The notes beneath the pieces are model-generated. The model was not told the origin of the DNA. It searched no databases and worked only from the letters and a program-made list of their open reading frames with translations. Below, piece after piece: positions 40,907 through 51,343 of a stretch of 64,000 nt of DNA (positions are counted from its first letter, which is position 1; each line of letters starts with the position of its first letter). Origin of the DNA: an uncultured virus (IMG/VR IMGVR_UViG_3300017706_002363) (lineage: Duplodnaviria > Heunggongvirae > Uroviricota > Caudoviricetes). The position numbers were made by a program, and so were the translations under genes. The stretch lies in IMG/VR virus record IMGVR_UViG_3300017706_002363. One strand, given 5' to 3'.

Positions 40907-41731
40907 ATGAAGAATATTATTTACATTTCAGATTTTTTCTCAGATGAAGTACTAGGTGGTGCAGAACTATCTGATAAAGTTTTAATCGATTATTTGGTAG
41001 AAGAAGGCCAAAATATAAAAACTGTCAAAAGTCAAAGGTTTGACCCGACCATACATAAGGCTGATGTTTTTATCATTTCTAACTTTGTTGGATTAACAGA
41101 GGTAAATAAGAACTGGTTCTTTTCAACAGGGGTAAAATATGTTATTATTGAACGTGACCAGAAATACGTTAGGTCTAGAAATACTATCGCTTACCCTAAC
41201 TTCATTGCACCAAAATCTGAAGTTGTAAATGAGGCATTTTATCGAGGCGCTCAAAAGGTTTTCTGTCTTACAAATCACTCTGCAGATTTATTACTAAAAC
41301 ATATTGACTTAACAAATGTAGAACCTCTTGGTTGCACACAATTTTCACAAGAGCAGTTTGACCATATGCGTAATTCATATAAAGAAATTAAAAATAACAA
41401 GTGGTGCATAGTACCAGGCAAAAGAAGTAATAAGGCAATGCAGCTTTGTGAAACACAAAAAATACCTTTTGATTATCTTAAAAACTATCAGTGGAAAGAC
41501 TTAATCAACGTGATGTCAGAATATGAAGGTATTGTATTTTTCTCACACGCAGTTGAAACTTGTTGCAGACTTGTTTTAGAAGCGAGAATGCTAGGTCTCA
41601 AAGTAAAGACAGATAATAGAGTTGGTTGTACATATGAAGACTGGTTTAAAAAATATAAAGGCTTGGAACTGATAGATTATTTAGAAGAAAAAAATTTTAA
41701 TATTCTGGAAAAAATAAAAAAAGAGTTATGA
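40907..41731 (+). CDS. Glycosyltransferase-like protein
   Basis: DFF....GGAEL, ETCCRLVLEARMLG (GT-B E-x7-E-like). Confidence 0.7.
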   Translation: MKNIIYISDFFSDEVLGGAELSDKVLIDYLVEEGQNIKTVKSQRFDPTIHKADVFIISNFVGLTEVNKNWFFSTGVKYVIIERDQKYVRSRNTIAYPNFIAPKSEVVNEAFYRGAQKVFCLTNHSADLLLKHIDLTNVEPLGCTQFSQEQFDHMRNSYKEIKNNKWCIVPGKRSNKAMQLCETQKIPFDYLKNYQWKDLINVMSEYEGIVFFSHAVETCCRLVLEARMLGLKVKTDNRVGCTYEDWFKKYKGLELIDYLEEKNFNILEKIKKEL

Positions 41732-42549
41732 AAATATTATTCATAGGAGTTTTTACAAAAGGCTCTACAAATATATCTCAGAAAAACTGTTTAATAAAAC
41801 TTGGTCATGATGTCGAGGAGTTTCCATATAGGTCTATAAATAATTTCAATATTATATTACAAGAAAAAGCAGGATATGATATTATACTAATTGCCAAAGG
41901 AAATGGAATAAGTAAATATACAATGAGTCAGTTAAAAAAGAATAATAAAAAAATTGTATATTGGTTTCCTGACCCGGCACAAACATTTACTATGGAAATG
42001 GCAGAAAAAACAATGTTGAGTGATGTAGCGTTTTTTGATAAAAAGAATTCTCTTGAAAAGGCAAAGCTTATAAATAAAGATTGTAGATACATCTGTGAAG
42101 GATATGACGAATCTGCTGATTTTGTGCAAGATGTAAAAAAAGAATACGATATTTCATTTATCGGTAATATGTATGGTAATAGAAGCACTGTGTTAGAGCG
42201 CTTAAATAACGTAAAAATAATTTCATCAGCCTATGGTTTACAACATTCAATAGAGGTAGGAAAATCAAGAATAAATCTTAATATATGTACAGATAATTCT
42301 GCTTCTGATAGAGTATATAAAATACTTGCAGCAGGAGGCTTTTTAATGACAGATGACTGGTATGGTAGAGAGTTAACTGGCCTTGTCGATGGAGAAGATT
42401 TGGTAATATATGATGACGTTTTAGATTTGCAGGATAAAATTGTTTATTATCTCAATAATAAAGATTTAAGAGATAAAATATCTAAAAGCGGCATGAAAAA
42501 GGTAGGAAATTTAACAAGAGCAAATTGGGCTAAAAAGATTATATCATGA
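41728..42549 (+). CDS. Glycosyltransferase (CgeB-like)
   Basis: LGHDV, YWFPDP, YDISFIG, SRINLN, RVY.ILAAGGFL.TD. Confidence 0.8.
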   Translation: MKILFIGVFTKGSTNISQKNCLIKLGHDVEEFPYRSINNFNIILQEKAGYDIILIAKGNGISKYTMSQLKKNNKKIVYWFPDPAQTFTMEMAEKTMLSDVAFFDKKNSLEKAKLINKDCRYICEGYDESADFVQDVKKEYDISFIGNMYGNRSTVLERLNNVKIISSAYGLQHSIEVGKSRINLNICTDNSASDRVYKILAAGGFLMTDDWYGRELTGLVDGEDLVIYDDVLDLQDKIVYYLNNKDLRDKISKSGMKKVGNLTRANWAKKIIS

Positions 42550-43556
42550 AAAAGAAATTAATTCATATTGTAGGTACTAGACCAAATTATATAAAGCTTT
42601 ATCCTGTTTATAAAAGTCTAGAAAAAGATTTTGATAATATAGTTATCGATACAAACCAGCATTACGATGATAATATGTCAAAAATATTTTTTTCTGAACT
42701 TGGTTTACCTAAATGCAAATATAATTTAGGTATTGGCTCAGGTTCTCACGGATATCAAACTGGCCAAATGATTGAAAAAATTGAGTCGTTATTGATAAAA
42801 GAAAATGCTGATGGTATAATTGTATACGGAGATGTAAATTCATCATTATCAGCTGCAATTGCGGCTGTAAAATTGGGAATTCATATATTTCATATCGAAG
42901 CAGGTGCTAGAAGTTTTGATAAAAATATGCCTGAAGAAATAAACAGAATGATTATTGATAAAATTTCTGATATAAACTTTTGTATACAAAAAACGCATAT
43001 AGATAATTTAGAAAAAGAAGATATACGTAATGGTGTATTGGTTGGAAATACAATGACAGATGCCGTACATTTACTTCAAGACAGATTGAAAAAGCCTCTA
43101 GAATTCAAATACTATCTTTGTACATTACACAGACCTTTTAATGTTGATAGTATTGAAAAACTAAATAAGATTTTAAATAATTTGAATAGCTGGTCGCACA
43201 AAATTATATTTCCAGCACATCCTAGAATAAAAAACAAAATAAATAAGAGTTTTGAAAATATAGTTTTTATAGAACCGTTAGGTTATATTGATATGTTGTC
43301 ACATATAAAATACTCAGAAGGTATTATATCTGATTCAGGAGGTATACAATGCGAAACATCAATATTAAGAAGGCCTCTTCAAACAGTAAGGCCATCAACA
43401 GAGCATACTGTGACGTTAAAGATGAATAACAGGCTAGTTGATTTAGATACATTACATGAAAATAACTTTTATATGACGGACTATGAACTTCCAGATATAT
43501 GGGATGGCACTTCGTCTATAAAAATAAAAAAGATATTATTAAATTATGAAAAATAA
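42546..43556 (+). CDS. UDP-GlcNAc-type 2-epimerase (WecB/WbpI-like)
   Basis: VGTRPNYIK, QHYD, GDVNS, HIEAG.RS, PEEINR, TLHRP.N, SDSGGIQ.E. Confidence 0.92.
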   Translation: MKKKLIHIVGTRPNYIKLYPVYKSLEKDFDNIVIDTNQHYDDNMSKIFFSELGLPKCKYNLGIGSGSHGYQTGQMIEKIESLLIKENADGIIVYGDVNSSLSAAIAAVKLGIHIFHIEAGARSFDKNMPEEINRMIIDKISDINFCIQKTHIDNLEKEDIRNGVLVGNTMTDAVHLLQDRLKKPLEFKYYLCTLHRPFNVDSIEKLNKILNNLNSWSHKIIFPAHPRIKNKINKSFENIVFIEPLGYIDMLSHIKYSEGIISDSGGIQCETSILRRPLQTVRPSTEHTVTLKMNNRLVDLDTLHENNFYMTDYELPDIWDGTSSIKIKKILLNYEK

Positions 43557-44550
43557 AATAAAGATATTATTTATATGTCCTGGAGGTCAGACTAATTTAA
43601 ACTCGCCAAGTGAGATATTGGCTAAATATATACAAGAAAATTATGATGATATAGACATTGATATGTATAATCAAAATTTTAATCCTGCACCAAATACTGC
43701 AGACGGATATGATTTAGTATGGGGAGATATGGATGGTAATAATGTTCCATTTTTGGCTAGAGCTTTATCTTATAAATCTAATATACCTTGTTATATACAT
43801 GGAGAATGGATACCTCCATACAGATGGGAAGATGGATGGTCAGATTGTTTTAGTGAACCAACACAGTTAGGTCATAAAAATTATTATCAACAGAACTTAA
43901 ATTCTATGAAAAATGCAGATTTGGTATCACTGGCAATCAGCTCAACACCAGGAGGGTTTGACTTTATAAAAGAAAAGACAGGTGTTAGCTTTGAAAATAG
44001 CTTTGTACGATATCCTGCATGTAAAAAGTATGAGTATATAAACAGTGAGCGCAAAAATCAAATAGCAACTATTGCAAGAGCGAATGATGGCAAAAAAAGA
44101 GTAAAAGAGACTTTGGAAGCAATACATCTATCTAAAACAAAACCTTCGTTTAAAATTATTGGAGGTAGTGGTATTAAATATAAAGATGTAATAATTGAAT
44201 CTATGGGTTCGTTTAATGATGATCGAAAAGTTAAGATTTTTTCTGAAAGTAAGCTAGCTGTACAGCACTGGTCAGGTATTCCACCAGCCGAGGCAATTCA
44301 GCAGTTCTGTCCTGTTTTAAGTTACGACATACCTTATATGAGAGAGCTTTACGGAGACGCATTAATATGGATTGAGAAAGGAAATATAAAATCACTTAGT
44401 GAAGCTATTGATTATTGGCTTACTCATGATAATGAAAGAGAAGAATTTGCTAAAAAAGCTTTTGACTTATTTGTTAATAACAAAATTGGTGTTAAATTGG
44501 AACAGCATAGAGCTAAATTGGTTGTTGAAAATATAAAGAGATTAATATGA
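43546..44550 (+). CDS. Glycosyltransferase (GT-B)
   Basis: KKRV, GIPPAEA....PV..YDIP...E.YG pattern. Confidence 0.7.
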   Translation: MKNKIKILFICPGGQTNLNSPSEILAKYIQENYDDIDIDMYNQNFNPAPNTADGYDLVWGDMDGNNVPFLARALSYKSNIPCYIHGEWIPPYRWEDGWSDCFSEPTQLGHKNYYQQNLNSMKNADLVSLAISSTPGGFDFIKEKTGVSFENSFVRYPACKKYEYINSERKNQIATIARANDGKKRVKETLEAIHLSKTKPSFKIIGGSGIKYKDVIIESMGSFNDDRKVKIFSESKLAVQHWSGIPPAEAIQQFCPVLSYDIPYMRELYGDALIWIEKGNIKSLSEAIDYWLTHDNEREEFAKKAFDLFVNNKIGVKLEQHRAKLVVENIKRLI

Positions 44551-44942
44551 TACACGAAACAGCGAATATATATGATTCGGCTATGATTGGTAAAGAGACC
44601 AAAATTGGTGCATTTGCAGAGATTGGAAATAATGTTAAAATTGGAAAAAACTGCTCAATAGGATTTGGTGCATTTATACCTGAAAATGTGAAAGTAGAAG
44701 ATAATGTATTCATAGGACCTGGCACGGTTTTTACAAATGATAAATACGCTCCATCTAAAGGTAAGTGGAGAGACGAACCACCTACGGTTGTAGAAAAAGG
44801 TGTTAGTATTGGCGCAAACTCTACTATATTACCTAACATAACAATTGGTCATGGAGCAATTATCGGTGCAGGTTCAGTTGTTACAAGAAACATAGAGCCT
44901 AACACAACTGTATATGGAAATCCAGCGAAGAGAATAATATAA
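44547..44942 (+). CDS. Hexapeptide N-acetyltransferase (WbpD-like)
   Basis: [37 protein letters not shown]. Confidence 0.9.
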   Translation: MIHETANIYDSAMIGKETKIGAFAEIGNNVKIGKNCSIGFGAFIPENVKVEDNVFIGPGTVFTNDKYAPSKGKWRDEPPTVVEKGVSIGANSTILPNITIGHGAIIGAGSVVTRNIEPNTTVYGNPAKRII

Positions 44943-45766
44943 TGCCTATAATAATAAGAAATATATTTGAAGATTATGTCAAGGAGCAATTCAGTTTACA
45001 AGATTGTATTGCAGTTAATAATGGTAGTAGTGCAATAATTGCACCATTGTGGTCACTGGGCTTAGAACCAGGTGACGAGGTAATTACAACACCATTTACT
45101 TTTATATCCACTGTTACATCTATAATCATAGCAGGAGGCACTCCTGTCTTTGTAGATATAAATGAACATGATTCACTTATAAATGCCGATAAAATCGAAT
45201 CAGCGATAACTAGCAAAACAAAGGCAATAATGCCTGTACATCTTTTTGGTAGGGTTTGTGATATGAAGCGAATTAACGAAATAGCAGAAAAACATGAGCT
45301 GGTTGTTATTGAAGACACTTCACAGTCGTTTGGAGCAGAATGTACTAATACAGGTAAGATGGCCGGCTTGATGTCAGATTGTGGAACATTTTCATTCCAA
45401 AAAACCAAAAATATAAATACGTTTGAAGGAGGTATGATTTGTATACCTAAAGGTTCTAAATTGGATGCTAAAAAAGTAAGAGCAATTTGCAATCAAGGAC
45501 AAACAAGCAAATATCATCATGAATATCTAGGATTTAATTTTAGATTAGCAGAACCATTATGCTTATTGGCGTACAATCAAATGAAGCTACATATGACTGC
45601 CATAAAATCTGAACTTGGATATAGAAATGAGACAAGCGGTCATTATCCGTACGTTGTATATGACCAACCTGCAATTAAAAAATTAGGTATAAATGGAAAC
45701 TGTCCTGTAGCAGAGAAAAAAGCTAAATTTATTAAAGAAAATTATTTTAAAGGAGGCAGAATATGA
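44942..45766 (+). CDS. DegT/DnrJ aminotransferase (WbpE-like)
   Basis: GDEVITTPFTF, KAIMPVHLFG, IEDTSQSFG, FSFQKTKN..TFEGG, GFNFRL. Confidence 0.9.
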   Translation: MPIIIRNIFEDYVKEQFSLQDCIAVNNGSSAIIAPLWSLGLEPGDEVITTPFTFISTVTSIIIAGGTPVFVDINEHDSLINADKIESAITSKTKAIMPVHLFGRVCDMKRINEIAEKHELVVIEDTSQSFGAECTNTGKMAGLMSDCGTFSFQKTKNINTFEGGMICIPKGSKLDAKKVRAICNQGQTSKYHHEYLGFNFRLAEPLCLLAYNQMKLHMTAIKSELGYRNETSGHYPYVVYDQPAIKKLGINGNCPVAEKKAKFIKENYFKGGRI

Positions 45767-46632
45767 AAAATTTTGGATTGATAGGCGCTTCAGGGTACAT
45801 AGCACCAAGACATATGAAAGCAATAAAAGATACAGGCAATCAATTAAAATGTTTTCTCGACCCTCATGACAATGTTGGATATATTGATAGATTTTTTCCT
45901 GACGCAAAATATTTTAGAGAGACTGAAAGATTTGAAAGGCACCTTGATAGACTAAAGCGTAAAAATATGCAAGTAGATTATGTATCAATTTGCTCACCTA
46001 ATTATTTACATGATTCACATATTAGATTGGCACTAAGAAATAATTGTGATGTTATTTGTGAAAAACCTTTGGTAATAAACTACGACCATCTACTTTCAAT
46101 AAAAGAAATTGAAAAAGAAACAGGTAAAAAAATATACAATATTTTACAGCTTAGACATCACCCTTCAATTGTTAGGTTAAAAGAAACTATAGATATAAAC
46201 AAGATTTACAATGTTGATTTGAAATATATTACACCAAGAGGTTCTTGGTACGACTTTTCCTGGAAAGGTGATAAAGACAAGTCAGGCGGTGTTCTTTTTA
46301 ATATAGGAATACACTTTTTTGATATGCTAATTTGGCTTTTTGGTAAGCCGATTGACCACAATGTCACTAATGTCGAAAGAAAAAGCTTTGGAGTCGTTAA
46401 TTTGGAAAGAGCTAATATAAATTTTGAATTAAGTATAGATAAAAATGACTTACCGTGGAGCGAATGGAAACCGTTTCGTGAAATCAAAATAGACGGCAAG
46501 CAGCTTGAATTTTCTGACGGATTTACAGATTTACATACAGTCAGTTATGAAAATATTCTTGATGGTAAAGGTTTTGGTATTGAAGATGTAGAACAAGCAA
46601 TTAAATTAGTTAGTGTGATAAAGAACAAATGA
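45763..46632 (+). CDS. Gfo/Idh/MocA UDP-sugar 3-dehydrogenase (WbpB-like)
   Basis: IGASGYIAPRH, ICSPNYLHDSH, CEKPL, SWKGD..KSGG...NIGIHFFD, EFSDGFTDLH. Confidence 0.93.
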   Translation: MKNFGLIGASGYIAPRHMKAIKDTGNQLKCFLDPHDNVGYIDRFFPDAKYFRETERFERHLDRLKRKNMQVDYVSICSPNYLHDSHIRLALRNNCDVICEKPLVINYDHLLSIKEIEKETGKKIYNILQLRHHPSIVRLKETIDINKIYNVDLKYITPRGSWYDFSWKGDKDKSGGVLFNIGIHFFDMLIWLFGKPIDHNVTNVERKSFGVVNLERANINFELSIDKNDLPWSEWKPFREIKIDGKQLEFSDGFTDLHTVSYENILDGKGFGIEDVEQAIKLVSVIKNK

Positions 46633-47411
46633 AAGTATTAATAACAGGACATAAAGGGTTTGTAGGCTCAAATTTATTAAAAAAAATAAAACAATTAGGT
46701 CATTATGCCTATTGTTTAGAAAAAGATGGAAATTTTCAAGAGTATAATCTTGAATCTATAATAAAGCAGTGCGATGTAATATTTCATGTTGGTGCAATAT
46801 CTGATACAACACTACAGGATGCTAACGAAATGCTGTATTATAATTACACATTAAGTAAAAGAATATTTGATTTGGCGAGAAAATATAATGTTAAGGTTGT
46901 ATATTCAAGCTCAGCTGCTAATTATGGCGACGGAGATGGTATACCTAATAATATTTACGGTTGGTCAAAACTACTTGCAGAAGACTATGGATTGAAAGCG
47001 TGTGAAAGATTTGTCGCGTTAAGATATTTTAACGTATATGGACCAGGTGAAGAACATAAAGATAAAATGGCATCAGTTGCATATCAAGCTTGGAAAGCAG
47101 GAGAGTTCAAATTATTCCCAGGTGATATAAAAAGAGATTTTGTATATATCGATGACGTTGTAGATGCTAATTTATATGCAGCGACTCTTGAAAGAGGTTT
47201 GTTTGATGTAGGTTCAGGGAATGCAGAAACATTTGAAAGTCTTGTTGGAGGTATAGGTATAGATTACGAATATCACACTCCAGATAAAATACCTGGATGG
47301 TACCAATACTTCACACAAGCAGATAAAGAAAAATTTATGCCAGGTTGGCAACCAAAAAACAATATAAAATTAGGAACAAAAAAGTACAAAAATTATTTAC
47401 TTAATTCATAA
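46629..47411 (+). CDS. ADP-L-glycero-D-manno-heptose 6-epimerase-like (GmhD/RfaD)
   Basis: TG..GFVGS, FH.GAISDT, YSSSAA.YG, YGWSK, LRYFNVYGPGE.HK..MASV, YQ.FTQAD. Confidence 0.85.
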   Translation: MKVLITGHKGFVGSNLLKKIKQLGHYAYCLEKDGNFQEYNLESIIKQCDVIFHVGAISDTTLQDANEMLYYNYTLSKRIFDLARKYNVKVVYSSSAANYGDGDGIPNNIYGWSKLLAEDYGLKACERFVALRYFNVYGPGEEHKDKMASVAYQAWKAGEFKLFPGDIKRDFVYIDDVVDANLYAATLERGLFDVGSGNAETFESLVGGIGIDYEYHTPDKIPGWYQYFTQADKEKFMPGWQPKNNIKLGTKKYKNYLLNS

Positions 47412-47431
47412 AAATTTGTTATATTAGATAT

Positions 47432-48211
47432 ATGAAAACATTATTTGCAGGACCTTGGGTTGGAGAGTTTGGATGGGAATTATTTTGCTGGCAAGGAGTT
47501 TTAAGACGATATGCTGAAGTCAAGAAGTTCGATAAAGTTATTATATCAGGTAGAGGTATTAACAAATTCCTATATGAAGATTTTTGTGATGAATATATTC
47601 CTTATGAGCCTAGTGATTATCAACCTGATTCATATTTTAATAGAACACCAATAACAGAATATCCTAAACCTGAAAAAGGCAGTGAATATATTCCACCAAA
47701 TCATTGTGTCACTCACTACACTCCAACACAAGGAGAGCCTATTTGGAGGCCTAAATTAGAGCAGAGCTTTATAAAATATGGCAAAAATAAATACGAAAAT
47801 TATATTCTTATACATGCAAGAAATACAAACAAGGCAGGTACTCAAGTACGAAATTGGGATACTATTAAGTTCGATGAGATAGTAAAAAGTTTTAGCGGTT
47901 ATAAATTTGCTAGTATAGGTCTTAAATCTGCAGCGCACCATATAAAAGACACAGAGGACTTAAGAGGCATAGAGTTAAAAGAATTATGTGATTATATGGC
48001 TAGTTCTAAACTAATAATAGGACCATCTTCAGGACCAATGCATTTGGCATCTTTATGTGGTTTAAATCAAGTTGCTTGGGGTGAGGTAAAAAATATCAAC
48101 AGATACAGTACGGACTGGAACCCTCACAATACTGACGTAGAATATATTGTAGATAATAACTGGAATCCATCTTCTAAGGATGTAATACAGAAAATGGAAA
48201 TTTTATTATGA
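47432..48211 (+). CDS. GT9 (heptosyltransferase-like) glycosyltransferase
   Basis: DLRG..L.EL...M....L.IG.SSGPMHLA. Confidence 0.7.
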   Translation: MKTLFAGPWVGEFGWELFCWQGVLRRYAEVKKFDKVIISGRGINKFLYEDFCDEYIPYEPSDYQPDSYFNRTPITEYPKPEKGSEYIPPNHCVTHYTPTQGEPIWRPKLEQSFIKYGKNKYENYILIHARNTNKAGTQVRNWDTIKFDEIVKSFSGYKFASIGLKSAAHHIKDTEDLRGIELKELCDYMASSKLIIGPSSGPMHLASLCGLNQVAWGEVKNINRYSTDWNPHNTDVEYIVDNNWNPSSKDVIQKMEILL

Positions 48212-48570
48212 TAGTAAAACCTAAAACAATAGACAAGGCTTGGGGACAGGAAATCTGGATTCATAATGATGAAGAATATTGCGGAAAGCTTTTAAGATTC
48301 AATAAAAAAGGAAATAAATTTTCAATGCACTATCACATAATCAAGAAAGAATCTTGGTATGTAGGAAGAGGAAGTTTTGAATACAAATGGATTAACACAG
48401 AGATTGCAGAAGAACATTCTACAATTATAGAAATTGGTACATGTATTACAATAGAAAGAGGCCAGCCTCACCAGCTTGTTGCATTGGAGGATAATTCAGA
48501 AATATTTGAAGTCTCAACTCAACATTTTGACCCTGATAGTTATAGAATTAAAAAAGGAGATAGTCAATGA
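48208..48570 (+). CDS. Cupin sugar isomerase-like protein
   Basis: K.WG.E.W..N...YCGK, SMHYH..K.E.WYV, H, EVST.H...DSYR. Confidence 0.85.
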   Translation: MIVKPKTIDKAWGQEIWIHNDEEYCGKLLRFNKKGNKFSMHYHIIKKESWYVGRGSFEYKWINTEIAEEHSTIIEIGTCITIERGQPHQLVALEDNSEIFEVSTQHFDPDSYRIKKGDSQ

Positions 48571-49334
48571 GAGTTTTAGTTATAGGTGATAGCTGTATTG
48601 ATAAATTTGTTTATTGCAATATAAATAGACTTTGTCCCGAGGCACCAGTGCCAGTACTAAATCCTGTTAATGAGACAGAAAATTCAGGAATGGCAGGAAA
48701 TGTAGTTGCAAATTTAGAATCATTAGGTACAGAAGTTGATTTGATAACTAATGATAATTTTATTAAAAAGACCAGATATGTAGATGATAAATCTGGCCAG
48801 ATGATTATGAGATTAGATGAAAACGACACATGCATGCCGATTGACTTTAATAAAGAATGGCAAAAATGTATAGACTCAGATTTTGATTTAGGTTATGATG
48901 CAATAGTAATATCAGACTATAATAAAGGTTTTCTTACAATTCATGATATAGCTCATATAGGTAAAACAGCAAAGTGTCCTACGTTTTTAGATACAAAGAA
49001 GAAATTAGGTGATTGGTGTAAAAATATAGATTTTATTAAAATAAATAATCCTGAGTGGAATAACAACAAAGATTATACTTATGATAATATTATAGTAACA
49101 GATGGTTCAAAAGGTGCATTGTATAAAAACAATATTTTTAAAGTAAAAAATAAAGTTAAGGTATCAAATGTTTCAGGTGCTGGTGATACATTCATGGCAG
49201 GGTTGGTACATAAATACGTAATGACAAATTCTGTTGAACAATCAATTAACTTTGCAAATGAATGCGCTTCAGAGGTTGTACAAAAAAGAGGTGTTGTGAC
49301 AATAGAATTAACGGAGAAATTAAATGGAAAATAA
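48567..49334 (+). CDS. Heptose kinase (HldE/RfaE kinase domain, PfkB family)
   Basis: VIGD.C.D, RLCPEAPVPV, GMAGNV..NL, ISDYNKG, VSGAGDTF. Confidence 0.9.
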   Translation: MRVLVIGDSCIDKFVYCNINRLCPEAPVPVLNPVNETENSGMAGNVVANLESLGTEVDLITNDNFIKKTRYVDDKSGQMIMRLDENDTCMPIDFNKEWQKCIDSDFDLGYDAIVISDYNKGFLTIHDIAHIGKTAKCPTFLDTKKKLGDWCKNIDFIKINNPEWNNNKDYTYDNIIVTDGSKGALYKNNIFKVKNKVKVSNVSGAGDTFMAGLVHKYVMTNSVEQSINFANECASEVVQKRGVVTIELTEKLNGK

Positions 49335-50040
49335 AATAGCAATAATAGGAATAGGAGAGATAGGCTCTTCACTTGCAGAAGTATATAAATCAAAAGGTTT
49401 TAAAACTATGTTGAGAGATATTGATTTGAATACAATTCACGGTGATGTAGATGTTTTAAATATATGTCTTCCTTATGGCAAAGAATTCGTAAATATAGTT
49501 AATGATTATATCGATGAATATTTACCAAAAATAACAATAATTCATTCTACTGTACCTGTGGGAACAACAAAGCAGATTAAAAGACCTTGCGTGCATTCAC
49601 CAGTTAGAGGTATACACCCAAACCTGAAAGAAGGTATAGAAAAATTTGTTAAATTTATAGGATATAACAATGATGTAGATTTAGCTCTAACTGAAGAACA
49701 TTATCGAGAATTAGAAATTATATTTTATCCTGTGAAAAACTCTGATTCTTCAGAACTTGCAAAATTGACAAGCACTACATATTATGGTCTTTGTATTGCA
49801 TGGCACGGAGAAATGAAGAAGATGTGTGACAAACATGGTATTGATTTTGACGTAATCAACAAATGGACACAGTCATATAATTTAGGATATTATGGTTTAG
49901 ATATGCAGCAAGTAGTTAGACCTAATTTATATCCACCTGAAAATGGAATAGGTGGCCATTGCGTAATACCGAATACAGAATTACTTGCAGAAGAATTTAA
50001 AAGTAAAGCTCTTGATTTAATATTGGAATATAAAAAATGA
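49324..50040 (+). CDS. UDP-sugar 6-dehydrogenase (WbpA/Ugd family), lacking C-terminal domain
   Basis: IIGIGEIG, HSTVPVGTT, HSP.R, SELAK, GIGGHCV. Confidence 0.82.
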   Translation: MENKIAIIGIGEIGSSLAEVYKSKGFKTMLRDIDLNTIHGDVDVLNICLPYGKEFVNIVNDYIDEYLPKITIIHSTVPVGTTKQIKRPCVHSPVRGIHPNLKEGIEKFVKFIGYNNDVDLALTEEHYRELEIIFYPVKNSDSSELAKLTSTTYYGLCIAWHGEMKKMCDKHGIDFDVINKWTQSYNLGYYGLDMQQVVRPNLYPPENGIGGHCVIPNTELLAEEFKSKALDLILEYKK

Positions 50041-50282
50041 CATATTATATAATGCTTCCTGGTGATTCTGAAAAAGAAGTTTATTTTGATTCTAACTTGC
50101 TTGGTGAGAATACTGGATTTGGTGTATTTTGGGCAGGTTCAGGACTTAAGGTTCTTATGGAGATGGTAGATAAAAATCCTGATATGCTTCCTGATGTTTC
50201 AATTAAAACAGACAAAGGAAAGACTCTTTCGGTAGAAGAGTTTCTTACTCAAATAAAAGGACTTAAGATTAGAGTTAATTAA
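50037..50282 (+). CDS. Hypothetical protein
   Basis: Coupled ORF. Confidence 0.6.
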   Translation: MTYYIMLPGDSEKEVYFDSNLLGENTGFGVFWAGSGLKVLMEMVDKNPDMLPDVSIKTDKGKTLSVEEFLTQIKGLKIRVN

Positions 50283-50305
50283 GAAAATATATATTTATAT
50301 ATACT

Positions 50306-50557
50306 ATGGGAAAAAAAGAAAAATACGGAAATTATATTTGTAAAATAGGTTACTTAGACATTAGACAGAGTATTGTTATGCCTAGAAAAAGAAAGCTTAA
50401 CAATGGTGAAATACAAACAATGCCAGGAAGTGTAGAGGTTAATGTATATCACGGAAAGAACAAAGTCTCAGGTCCTTTTAAATCACACAAGATAGCGATA
50501 GATTCTGCTGAAGAACTAATCGGCAAAGGTTATAAGTACAGTAAGCATGGTAGGTAA
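50306..50557 (+). CDS. Hypothetical protein
   Basis: ORF preceded by TATTTATA at 50292. Confidence 0.6.
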   Translation: MGKKEKYGNYICKIGYLDIRQSIVMPRKRKLNNGEIQTMPGSVEVNVYHGKNKVSGPFKSHKIAIDSAEELIGKGYKYSKHGR

Positions 50558-50726
50558 ATCAGCAAAGATTGTAAAAGATGTACAAACATCAAACGGCATG
50601 CTATACAAAGGCACCACTGTTAAGATTATACAGCAAATTTGTACCTGCAAGCAGAAAGAAAATATTGCAGTAGAGCATGTAGGTAGAAGATATTGGTTAT
50701 CAAATAGCGATATTTTAGTATTGTAA
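50547..50726 (+). CDS. Hypothetical 59-aa protein (not in the ORF track)
   Basis: ATG 50547 to TAA 50726; reads MVGKSAKIVKDVQTSNGMLYKGTTVKI...; fills the gap. Confidence 0.55.
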   Translation: MVGKSAKIVKDVQTSNGMLYKGTTVKIIQQICTCKQKENIAVEHVGRRYWLSNSDILVL

Positions 50727-50772
50727 TTTGATATTTATATCATATTAACGTTAATATACTTAGGAGAAAGGT

Positions 50773-51339
50773 ATGAACATCAAGGATATCATTGGTGATG
50801 AACTCAGCAGGCTTTCCGCTAGTGAAAAGGCTATCGTATTAGAAAGCTTTACACTTATGGGTAAACCATCAAAAACAGAGCTTGAGCAAGTAAAGAATAG
50901 TAAAGATTTGTTTAAGAAAAACGAAGCAGTTTTAAGAAAAATCGTAAAAGAAGAAATCACTTCAATCATAAAAGAAAAGGTAACACCAAGACAAGTATCA
51001 AAAGCTTTTGATGTTGTTGCAAAAATCTCAATGGAGATGTTATCAAATCTTGAAAAATATAAAGCAGCTGATGAAGCTGGCAAAGAAAAATACAAGAAAA
51101 TTGCACTTCAGCTAACAAGAAAGAAGAAAGATGCACAAGCAGATATGGACAGATTAATTTCTATGCTTGATAAAGACCAGCAATTGTATTATGAAAACGG
51201 ATTAAAAAAATTACAAGAAAAAGGTCCTGGTATATGGGCAAACATTCACGCAAAAAGAAAGCGTGGTGAAAAAATGAGAAAAAAAGGCGACAAAGGCGCA
51301 CCATCTAAAAAAGCTTGGGACGCAGCCAAAGGAGATTAG
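50773..51339 (+). CDS. Putative internal head protein (IKDIIxxE leader)
   Basis: MNIKDIIGDE leader, coiled coil and basic C-terminal GIWANIHAKRKRGEKMRKKG..GAP module; TATTTATA at 50732. Confidence 0.6.
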   Translation: MNIKDIIGDELSRLSASEKAIVLESFTLMGKPSKTELEQVKNSKDLFKKNEAVLRKIVKEEITSIIKEKVTPRQVSKAFDVVAKISMEMLSNLEKYKAADEAGKEKYKKIALQLTRKKKDAQADMDRLISMLDKDQQLYYENGLKKLQEKGPGIWANIHAKRKRGEKMRKKGDKGAPSKKAWDAAKGD

Positions 51340-51343
51340 TTAT

